From: an uncultured virus (IMG/VR IMGVR_UViG_3300032007_000033) | Taxonomy: Duplodnaviria; Heunggongvirae; Uroviricota; Caudoviricetes | Reading direction: 5' to 3' (one strand) | DNA length: 64,000 nucleotides | IMG/VR virus record: IMGVR_UViG_3300032007_000033 | Location: 1-64,000 of that record | Shown here: piece by piece, positions 30,987 to 38,649 of the stretch | How the letters are laid out: every line of letters begins with the position of its first letter | Numbering within the stretch: position 1 is the stretch's first letter | Position numbers and translations under genes: made by a program | Notes under the pieces: generated by a model | Told to the model about the DNA's origin: nothing | The model's database searches: none | The model's input: the letters and a program-made list of their open reading frames with translations, nothing else

Positions 30987-31653
30987 TGAATCTTTCGACC
31001 AAAGACTTGGAATAAATCGTCGTAGGCTCGTGGTTCGTATCCTTGCACAATGAATATGCCACTTTCGGATTTGAGTAGTTTGTCATCGCGGTATTCAAAG
31101 CGATGTTTCTGTTTTCCGAATTGGATTTGGCCAATTTCTTAATGTCCTTGAATTTCTGTTCCGCCCCCTTCAACTTGTCGTTCAATTCTTTTCTTTGAGC
31201 GGATATTTCGCTCAATTTCTCCTTGAGAAGTTTTCCGTCAAGGCAAGATTTGTAGTCGGATTCTAGTCCGTCAAGTTTCGCCAATTTTTTCTCTATTGAA
31301 TTTTTGGACTTGTCGAACGAAGCCTTCGCTTTCTTGGTTTTGTTTTTCGTGGATTCGTCAATTTTTTCGTTTTGCTCTTTGGTTAGCGTTTTCTTATGGT
31401 TGAGTTTAATCGTGACCACTTTAGCGCAATCCATGTATTGATTCTTGAACTGTTTGTCGGTCAGATTGCTCCAATCTCTCTTTTGAATTTCTTCCGCAAG
31501 CAAAGATGTGCCGAAATAAGTTCTGAATGTTTTTGCTGTTGCGAACTCATATTTATTTTTTATTGTTTCCAATAACGAATCGTCAATTTCAAATTTATCG
31601 ACCGATAGCAAGTTCTTCAAGCGTTTTGGTAATTTTGTCATAATTATAAGCAT
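30931..31653 (-). CDS. DNA topoisomerase IB, C-terminal piece (second Arg, His, linker, catalytic Tyr)
   Basis: ATAKTFRTY, LNHKK, coiled-coil linker, TAMTNYSNPK; AAGGAGGG RBS upstream of ATG 31653. Confidence 0.88.
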   Translation of the reverse strand: MLIIMTKLPKRLKNLLSVDKFEIDDSLLETIKNKYEFATAKTFRTYFGTSLLAEEIQKRDWSNLTDKQFKNQYMDCAKVVTIKLNHKKTLTKEQNEKIDESTKNKTKKAKASFDKSKNSIEKKLAKLDGLESDYKSCLDGKLLKEKLSEISAQRKELNDKLKGAEQKFKDIKKLAKSNSENRNIALNTAMTNYSNPKVAYSLCKDTNHEPTTIYSKSLVERFNVWANNVPSDYWRKYPNV

Positions 31654-32539
31654 ATTTGCCCTCCTTAATATTATTATATACTGTTTGTGTGTATTCGTCA
31701 AAATAATTTTTATAAACTTTTATAAAATCATTCCAAGCAATATCAATGTTAAATTTATTATATAAAAATTGTTGTAATGCTTTATTTGATTTTATTTTTA
31801 ATTTTACTTTTTCATTTTTAGCGATGTTTTTTTCACCCTTCATGGAATCACTTCGTATTTTTTTACTTTCTTCAGTGATTCCATTTTTGCGTTTTTCAGA
31901 ATAAATTTTTTTATCTCCATCGGATAAAGAATCCCAAAACATTTTATTTTTTTCAGATTTATTTTTCTTTTCTTTTTCATTCCAATGTTTCCCTTTCATT
32001 GGATTGATATAATTTTTTTGTTTTGCTAATTTTTTATGAGTTTTGCTTGATTTTTCTTTCAATTCATTTGTCCACATTTCTTTAACTTTTTGTTTATGAA
32101 AATCTTTAACTTTTTCAAAGCCATCTCTTTGATGTTGTCTTAATGTATCGAATTCTTCTTTTGATAAAGATTTATACCATGATTTTGTAGATTGAGATTT
32201 TTTTAATTTTTGTTCATCAGTTATATATAAATTATAATTAGATTCCCCACCTTCGGTCATGTTGTATCCAAAATTTAAATCATTGGAATGAAAAAGTTTA
32301 ATTAATCTTTTTTCCCAATAATTTAAGTCATAAGTTTCAATTAATATTTCAAAAGAAAAATTTTTAACGCCATATTTTCTTATTGCTTTATGAATATAAC
32401 AATCATCTTTTGAATTTATATGAGAAATCCATCTATTGTGAATATCAATTGATTGACCGATATAAACTTTATGATTTATGAGATTTTCAATTTTATAAAT
32501 TCCACTAATATGATTATTATATATTTTATGTCTACTCAT
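31595..32539 (-). CDS. GIY-YIG homing endonuclease with a NUMOD3-like tail
   Basis: GIYKIENLINHKVYIGQS, NFSFEIL, GYNMTEGG, NPMKGKHW. Confidence 0.92.
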   Translation of the reverse strand: MSRHKIYNNHISGIYKIENLINHKVYIGQSIDIHNRWISHINSKDDCYIHKAIRKYGVKNFSFEILIETYDLNYWEKRLIKLFHSNDLNFGYNMTEGGESNYNLYITDEQKLKKSQSTKSWYKSLSKEEFDTLRQHQRDGFEKVKDFHKQKVKEMWTNELKEKSSKTHKKLAKQKNYINPMKGKHWNEKEKKNKSEKNKMFWDSLSDGDKKIYSEKRKNGITEESKKIRSDSMKGEKNIAKNEKVKLKIKSNKALQQFLYNKFNIDIAWNDFIKVYKNYFDEYTQTVYNNIKEGKYAYNYDKITKTLEELAIGR

Positions 32540-33716
32540 TTAAATAATCCATTACATTATATTTAACAATCAAACCTATCGCTAATTTAATGTCATTTTC
32601 ATTTTTAGATAACAATAGTTCGTCAATTTTTATTTTTAAGCATACATTATTTAAAAATTCGTTCACATCGTTAGACGATATTTTGTCGAACGCTCTGTCT
32701 TTTGGGCTTTTGTCTTTCAAGCATTTTTTCAACGAATCAAAAGCGTCCTCATCAACTTTCATCGTGTTGTCCATTACCATTGAGTCTTTACCCAAGAAAT
32801 GCAAACGGACTTTTTTGCTTTCCAACAAAATGATGTTCTCAACTTTAAGGGTGGACGCTCCGACGACCCCATTGTTCCGTTTGTCCTCGTTGCCCGCTCG
32901 TATACCAAATTTAGAGATTATGTAGGCACAACAACCAATTTGCCGTTTCTTGGCGTTGTCGGACAAGTAAGCGTCTTTTATCGCCTTGGTGACCTTTCTG
33001 ATGTTTTGTTGCAGAAGCCTAGCATTCTCGAATTTTTCCTCGTCGGAATCCGCCTTGAATAAAGACTTGTTGGAAAACCAAATCGCCTTTTGAATCGTGA
33101 CGCTAGGATTTCCAATCAACCGCTCGGTGTAGGTGGCAATTGAAGAGGTGTCCTTGAACGACACATCCTTCCATTTGTGAGTTCCGTAATCGCACGGAAA
33201 CGGATAAGACGAATTGATTGACACATCTTCAGGCATTACATCTTCCACAACAAATCCGCTCCATTCGCAAGCACCGCGCCCTATGAATATTCGGCTAGAC
33301 TCGATTAATGAGTTTCCTATCTCAACCTTCTCTCCGTCAACCAAAGCGTAGCCGTAGGTTTCCTTCCATTTTTTGTTTTCTTCCGCTATTTCCTTTCTAT
33401 GTTCTTTATTGTAAAGTTTCTTTTCTTCCGCGTATTTTTCTTTAATCGCTTTCATTCTTGACAGAACCGTTTCGAAGTCGGACGGAAATTTCAATTCCTT
33501 CTGTTCCTTCGTCAGTTCCGTTTTTAATGACTTATAAAAATTCTTTTGGTAGACATTTTCGCTTTTGTATTTGTCCGCCAAAGTAGACCACATGAAGAGC
33601 CATTTCACCGCTCGATATGACAATCTCATTTTATTCTCGTTGGAATAATATTCGTCAATGTAGGGTAATTCCTTGGGGAATTTCACGCACCCTTCAATTA
33701 ATTTGAGTTCTTTCAT
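32532..33716 (-). CDS. DNA topoisomerase IB, N-terminal piece (core; first Arg and Lys)
   Basis: YGYALVDG...IE...F.GRG, PEDVSIN, HKWKDV, KFENAR, IRAGNE, VGASTL, FLGKDS. Confidence 0.9.
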   Translation of the reverse strand: MKELKLIEGCVKFPKELPYIDEYYSNENKMRLSYRAVKWLFMWSTLADKYKSENVYQKNFYKSLKTELTKEQKELKFPSDFETVLSRMKAIKEKYAEEKKLYNKEHRKEIAEENKKWKETYGYALVDGEKVEIGNSLIESSRIFIGRGACEWSGFVVEDVMPEDVSINSSYPFPCDYGTHKWKDVSFKDTSSIATYTERLIGNPSVTIQKAIWFSNKSLFKADSDEEKFENARLLQQNIRKVTKAIKDAYLSDNAKKRQIGCCAYIISKFGIRAGNEDKRNNGVVGASTLKVENIILLESKKVRLHFLGKDSMVMDNTMKVDEDAFDSLKKCLKDKSPKDRAFDKISSNDVNEFLNNVCLKIKIDELLLSKNENDIKLAIGLIVKYNVMDYLNE

Positions 33717-33725
33717 ATGTTTTCC

Positions 33726-34100
33726 TTAAAATTGATTTCCGTTTTCGTCCAAGAAGTTGGACATGAAGTAAACGACAGGCACCAAATGAACCGAGGCCAC
33801 GCTCTTCCATTCCGACAACTCGACATTCCAACAGTCCGCGAACCGCAAGCCTCTGAACACCCACTTCGTTCCGTTGGCGTCTATGGCGAAGACCTCTCCG
33901 TTCGACGAGTATAGCCTAGAGAACAACCTCTGAACCAACTCTTCCTTGGGGCACTCGTCATGGTAACGTTTGTGCTCGATTCTGTCCTTTCCGTTGAAAA
34001 TCACTCTGTCCAAGTAGTCCGTTCCGCTCTTTATCAAGTTTCCGCACTTTAGGCACACATAGTCCTTCTTGGCAGTCCTTACGATGATGGAATCGCTCAT
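33726..34100 (-). CDS. Hypothetical protein with a CxxC...HxxC zinc finger
   Basis: TAKKDYVCLKC...HDEC. Confidence 0.65.
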   Translation of the reverse strand: MSDSIIVRTAKKDYVCLKCGNLIKSGTDYLDRVIFNGKDRIEHKRYHDECPKEELVQRLFSRLYSSNGEVFAIDANGTKWVFRGLRFADCWNVELSEWKSVASVHLVPVVYFMSNFLDENGNQF

Positions 34101-34136
34101 AATTCTTCCCTCGTTTTTTCTTTGTTCGTTTTAAGA

Positions 34137-34165
34137 ATTATAGCATGTATTGCTCGCTTTGTCAA
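34137..34165 (-). promoter_or_regulatory. Sigma70-type promoter of the topo IB operon
   Basis: TTGACA-N17-TATAAT with extended -10 TG. Confidence 0.88.
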
Positions 34166-34175
34166 GGAAAAAATG

Positions 34176-34205
34176 AAAAAAAAATCCACCCATGTTGTGG
34201 GTGGA
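34176..34205 (-). terminator. Intrinsic terminator closing the candidate ncRNA
   Basis: TCCACCCA/TGGGTGGA stem followed by T9. Confidence 0.85.
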
Positions 34206-34465
34206 GTCCGATGTGATTGCGTCACTTTGAGCGTTCGTTTTACACACACTCGCTTGCAAGAAACTAGGTTCTTGGTGGTTCTCCTTTTGTTCAAAGGCAT
34301 ACTTTTGGTAACTACCACTTATGTTTTCTCTTTTGTTCTTATCGCCACCACATCCCACAATGCTTGTGATGGCTAAGTCAGAACACACTTCCGCTTTTTC
34401 AAGAGCAGTAACTCAGACAAACCCACTTGGGTTAGAACAATGTGAATTTGTTATTTCCGACCGTT
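34176..34465 (-). ncRNA. Candidate ~290-nt structured non-coding RNA, family not recognised
   Basis: Bounded by the AACTAT motif (34472-34477) and a terminator; at least six hairpins with G-U pairs; no credible ORF or RBS. Confidence 0.65.
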
Positions 34466-34479
34466 TCTTAAATAGTTAG

Positions 34480-35007
34480 GGTTGGAAACATCGGTTAGTT
34501 TATCACGATGGTTTTTATAGAGAATATCAATCGGCAAGAGATGAAATAAAATCCTATTTATCTCCATTGCTTCAAGATTTAGCAATAGAACAAAGTTGCC
34601 GCATAGATGAATTAAAACTTTATGTGATTGGCTTTTCTTTGGGTGGTTCAATTGCACCTATCGCTATGGAAGATTTTTATGAAGTTTATGCTATAAAACC
34701 AACATCGATTGCTTTTGAAGGTGCGAATCCGTGTGAAAGTTTACATACTAGAAATTATCTGATGAATTGTATGAATCTTGATGAATCTATAGCATTTGTA
34801 TATTCAAACGATTTTGTTCCAAGATGTGCCCCATTCTTCGGTAAAAAATTAAAAGATATTATTTATTATTTAGACGACCATAAATGTAAGTTTCCGTTTT
34901 ATTTTATAAAGAAGATAATCTCATTCATAAAAGATACAGAGTATTATCATACTAGTGTGGATGAGGGTATAAGAAAATATATGCCTACAGAATGGGGATT
35001 AAATTAA
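34480..35007 (+). pseudogene. 5'-truncated paralogue of the class-3 lipase at 15250
   Basis: GWKHRLVYHDGFYREYQSARDE...GFSLG...DFVPRC...VDEGIRKYMP aligns to the C-terminal two-thirds of the first copy; in-frame TAG immediately upstream. Confidence 0.75.
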
Positions 35008-35158
35008 AAAAAATGTACTCTATTTAATAGGGTACAAATTTTATATAAATTTGATTTGATTTTTTTATATTTTAACTTATATATTCCAACGCAACGTATG
35101 TGCATAAAGGATTGGTTTCTCCCACCCTCTAAAGAGTAGGGAGATTAATTTGGTGTGA

Positions 35159-37207
35159 TTACATAGGGTCAATCATCTGTGCCATTGCACAAACAAATCC
35201 ACCATCATGCAGGAGCGTTCCATATTCTGTTATGCCTTGGATATCTATAGTGCCTCCACACTTTACAAATGTAGTAGTAACGTTATTAAATGTTCCAGCT
35301 TGTGAAACAGCATTAAATGCATAAACGCCCATCCACGCACCATGGCTACTAGATAAGGTCAGTTGTACTCTATAGCGTGTTCCCGCAACACAACCAAACT
35401 TCTGTTGAGCGTACCATAACAGACTATCACTCTGTGCAGTCTTAAAGACTTTTATTTCATTCTCAGTGACAAGTTTATATATAGGTAGAACAATGCCAGT
35501 AGGTTCTACTGTGGTTTTAATTCCCATACCAGTCCATCTACCATACACCTTGACATGAGCATAACAATATGACTGCATACCTAGCCATATATGTTTATTA
35601 TTATCCAACCTAAGTTGTTCAGTAGCCGATGTTTGAGTATCGTTTAAATTTACTGCTTTAATATAATTTAAGTCAGCCATAGTTCCACTACAAGAAACTA
35701 ATATCTTTGACTGACCCCCATCTACTCTACCGTAAGTTATTTCATAGAATAAAAATGCTTGCGAATTACTTGTAGATGTCGATGTTCCCAAATCAAACCA
35801 AGCATAATTATCACCACCAACTGATAATTGATAGTCGCTTAAAGTTATATTTGTCAAATTCTCTGTTGTAGTAAGTTTCTGTATAGTCCATGAATCTGAT
35901 AATGAATAAGTCTTGTATACATAGTATTCTGCTCCTGCTTCAGAACGTAAATTCCCAATACCATACCAATAGCCTTCTATGCCTATATTAATGCAGATGT
36001 CGTAGTCATGCCACAATGCCGTACTTGATAAATAAGCCTTTCCTTTATAAAAACCTGTTCCTCTTGTTTTTAAGTCTGCTAAGAGAGCATTCATATCAGT
36101 AAAAGTATCTGACGAAAGTATCTTAACACTATTATCCTCTGTAGCAAGTTTCTTCCAACTAGACCATGTTCCGTTTACCCTTACACGATAATATTGCTCT
36201 CCTTCCGTATTAACTGTGTATTGAGCAATGTCGTCAGAAATAGAAGTTGTGTTTTTACTTTGTACTTGTAAGATGCAGTATGCACTAGGAATGTTAGTAC
36301 ATCCCGTAGTGAGATAATACAATCCTGTAGTGGTGAGTGTATTTGCATCAGTATTTGATACTGCGGTGTATGCTTTAATTTTTTCAATATCACTTGTGTT
36401 CTGTGCAATAGCACCTTCAACAGTAGAAGCACCTGCAATTGGAGAAGATAAATCTTTTTTCTGATAATCAGTAAGGTCAAATGCGTTACCCATGTAGTTG
36501 AACAGATAAGTGTCCGCACCTGCCTTGATGATTCCAACGTTATCACCTATATTGATTGTAAGTCCTGCTCCGTTGATAAACAAAGCACTTGTAGTTCCGC
36601 TATCACTCATCGTGTATATATTTCCTACATTATCCTCAATCAATAAACTTGATGTAAGTTCTGCACAAGTCAATTCTCCACGAGGAGTGTAGATTGAACT
36701 TAAAGCATTATTAATGGCACTGTAAACAGAACCGCTTTCGACCAACTCATGTGAATTTGGTCTAACCAAGTCAGTAAAATTTTTTCCGCTTGCAGTTCCT
36801 AATCCACCTTTAATCTCATCTATAGCATCTTGTACATTAGTTGCAATAAGTTCACTTGTAGTGTTATCATAAGAAACATCAGTCGCAGTTGCATTGCTAG
36901 GTTGTACGTTCTTTTGAACCCAAGAATATGTCGGTGTAGATTCTCCGTCAGAAACACATTCATAGAAATAACCATTAACATAAGTTCCCGTACTTCCAAT
37001 GAATTCGACTATCATGTTTTCATTTTCTGCACTAGCAATAGGCATTGTGTCAACTTGAATGGAAGAACCACCACTCGAAAGGTCACCATCTTCATAGGCT
37101 TGCTGAATGGATTTTGAAGTTCCGTCTATATCTATACCCACATTTTCTGATTCTACTGCATAGAAATCGTTTGACATGGGTGCGAGAGTGTCTGCAAGTT
37201 TAATCAT
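35159..37207 (-). CDS. Fibre/receptor-binding-like virion protein with a pyocin-knob-like segment
   Basis: S/T/G-rich; DVSYDN...TNVQDAIDE; DANTLTTTGLYY...WSSWKKL. Confidence 0.65.
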   Translation of the reverse strand: MIKLADTLAPMSNDFYAVESENVGIDIDGTSKSIQQAYEDGDLSSGGSSIQVDTMPIASAENENMIVEFIGSTGTYVNGYFYECVSDGESTPTYSWVQKNVQPSNATATDVSYDNTTSELIATNVQDAIDEIKGGLGTASGKNFTDLVRPNSHELVESGSVYSAINNALSSIYTPRGELTCAELTSSLLIEDNVGNIYTMSDSGTTSALFINGAGLTINIGDNVGIIKAGADTYLFNYMGNAFDLTDYQKKDLSSPIAGASTVEGAIAQNTSDIEKIKAYTAVSNTDANTLTTTGLYYLTTGCTNIPSAYCILQVQSKNTTSISDDIAQYTVNTEGEQYYRVRVNGTWSSWKKLATEDNSVKILSSDTFTDMNALLADLKTRGTGFYKGKAYLSSTALWHDYDICINIGIEGYWYGIGNLRSEAGAEYYVYKTYSLSDSWTIQKLTTTENLTNITLSDYQLSVGGDNYAWFDLGTSTSTSNSQAFLFYEITYGRVDGGQSKILVSCSGTMADLNYIKAVNLNDTQTSATEQLRLDNNKHIWLGMQSYCYAHVKVYGRWTGMGIKTTVEPTGIVLPIYKLVTENEIKVFKTAQSDSLLWYAQQKFGCVAGTRYRVQLTLSSSHGAWMGVYAFNAVSQAGTFNNVTTTFVKCGGTIDIQGITEYGTLLHDGGFVCAMAQMIDPM

Positions 37208-37270
37208 TGTTATTCTCCTATCTATTCAAAATTAAAACAAATCATAAATATATCTTATGTAAATAGTTAA

Positions 37271-38452
37271 TTAGTCCGCATATTCAAATCTATATCCAAA
37301 ATATGTTTTTCTTTTCAAATCACCTCTACATATATTACGAATTGCATCTTTTATACTTCTATCTTTAGAATTTGAAATAGTATTTTTTCTTAAATATTCC
37401 AACAAATCTTCCATTATGAAAATTCCTACAAATTCATTATGATAAAAAACTTTAATTTTATGTGCTTTTGCTCTATGTGTTTTGGTTGTTTGTTCGATTC
37501 TTAATTTATTTGCTAATTCTTTATCGTAAAAACACAATCCGTATTCCGTTCCAATATTCAAATATTTTTCAACTGTACTTCTATCTAAATCAAATATTTT
37601 AGATATATTTAATGTACTTTTATTTTCATCTTTTGCGTTTTTATAATATTCACAAACTTTAATTAAGAGGTTACTCAACGCCCATTTTCCACAATCTTCC
37701 CAATTAACTTTAGATAAATCAAGTATTTCGGATAATTGTGATTTCAAAATACTTTCTTTTATAAAATCAACAGATGATACATCACAATTTATTCTTATCA
37801 CTTCAATGTCATGTTCTTTTGCTAATATATCTTTATATCTATCTCGTTCTAATCCTTCAACATCTTTTTCTTTAGAATTAAATTTCAATTTACCATGACC
37901 AATCCCACCATCCATCTCAATTATGTATTTTTGTTCATTAAATTCAAAATAGCAATCGTATTTATACGGTTTTATCCACGAAGGATGATATTCATATTCT
38001 AAATTATTTACATCAAAATGTTTCATAAACGCTCGAAGAAATTTATTAGGATAACTTAACGAATCGTTAGGGCAATTATAACATTTATATTTAATCACAT
38101 ATCTACCTTGTTCATATTTTTCATCTCCACAGACAGGACATTTGAACAAAAATTTATGTCTTGTTCCATAACTGTATGTTTTTGCCAAATCTTTATTTAC
38201 AATTAAATACATTAAATTAGAATAAGTACTATATAAATCATTCACACCTTGAGTTACTTTAAGATTAGTACGAGGATAATTAAGTCTGACAATTTCATAT
38301 TCTTCTTCATCGTAATTTCTTAAACAATCACCACAAAAAGTATATTGCCAATTTTTACAAGATTCTGTATTACATATAAAATCTTTATGACAATAATCAC
38401 ACTCACAAACAAATCTGTTTTTATCGTTTCTTAATTGATGTTTAAATCCCAT
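37271..38452 (-). CDS. Zinc-ribbon plus Vsr/DUF559-like putative homing endonuclease
   Basis: CxxC motifs; YDCYF...IEMDGGIGH...D.YKD.LA; NUMOD1-like end KTYFGYRFEY. Confidence 0.75.
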   Translation of the reverse strand: MGFKHQLRNDKNRFVCECDYCHKDFICNTESCKNWQYTFCGDCLRNYDEEEYEIVRLNYPRTNLKVTQGVNDLYSTYSNLMYLIVNKDLAKTYSYGTRHKFLFKCPVCGDEKYEQGRYVIKYKCYNCPNDSLSYPNKFLRAFMKHFDVNNLEYEYHPSWIKPYKYDCYFEFNEQKYIIEMDGGIGHGKLKFNSKEKDVEGLERDRYKDILAKEHDIEVIRINCDVSSVDFIKESILKSQLSEILDLSKVNWEDCGKWALSNLLIKVCEYYKNAKDENKSTLNISKIFDLDRSTVEKYLNIGTEYGLCFYDKELANKLRIEQTTKTHRAKAHKIKVFYHNEFVGIFIMEDLLEYLRKNTISNSKDRSIKDAIRNICRGDLKRKTYFGYRFEYAD

Positions 38453-38590
38453 AATTGCTTTTCTGACAAAATAACTATATAATCATCTTGTCATTCGATA
38501 ACCTCTTTATCGTTTGATGTTTCAAAAAGGTTGGAATTCACAGTTCTGACCTTTTTCATTGCATACCGCAACACTAGAATAAATAGTTAC

Positions 38591-38624
38591 AAAAAAAAAC
38601 GACACTGATAAAAAGTGTCGTTTT
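38591..38624. terminator. Intrinsic terminator (T-runs on both sides)
   Basis: AAAAACGACACT/AGTGTCGTTTTT. Confidence 0.8.
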
Positions 38625-38649
38625 TCAATTAAAATCAGATTATAATGAA

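Noticed and set aside
31550..32660. Group I intron or split intein around the GIY-YIG ORF in topo IB
   Set aside because: Coding frames overlap across the whole insert. No P3/P7 pairings or Cys1/His-Asn intein ends were seen, and the downstream half has its own RBS.
34097..34388. ORFs 34097..34318, 34122..34376 and 34131..34388
   Set aside because: They lack an RBS, cross a terminator and a consensus promoter, and have atypical composition.
34176..34465. tmRNA, tRNA, RNase P or group I identity for the structured RNA
   Set aside because: No T-arm GTTC(G/A)A, no tmRNA 5' motif and no RNase P GAGGAAAGTC. The GTATGCC similarity to the intron P7 lacks the rest of the core in the right order.
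34477..34479. Stop-codon reassignment (TAG or TGA) to explain broken genes
   Set aside because: Many genes end normally at TAG and TGA, and long conserved genes are open in code 11. Read-through does not restore lipase homology upstream.
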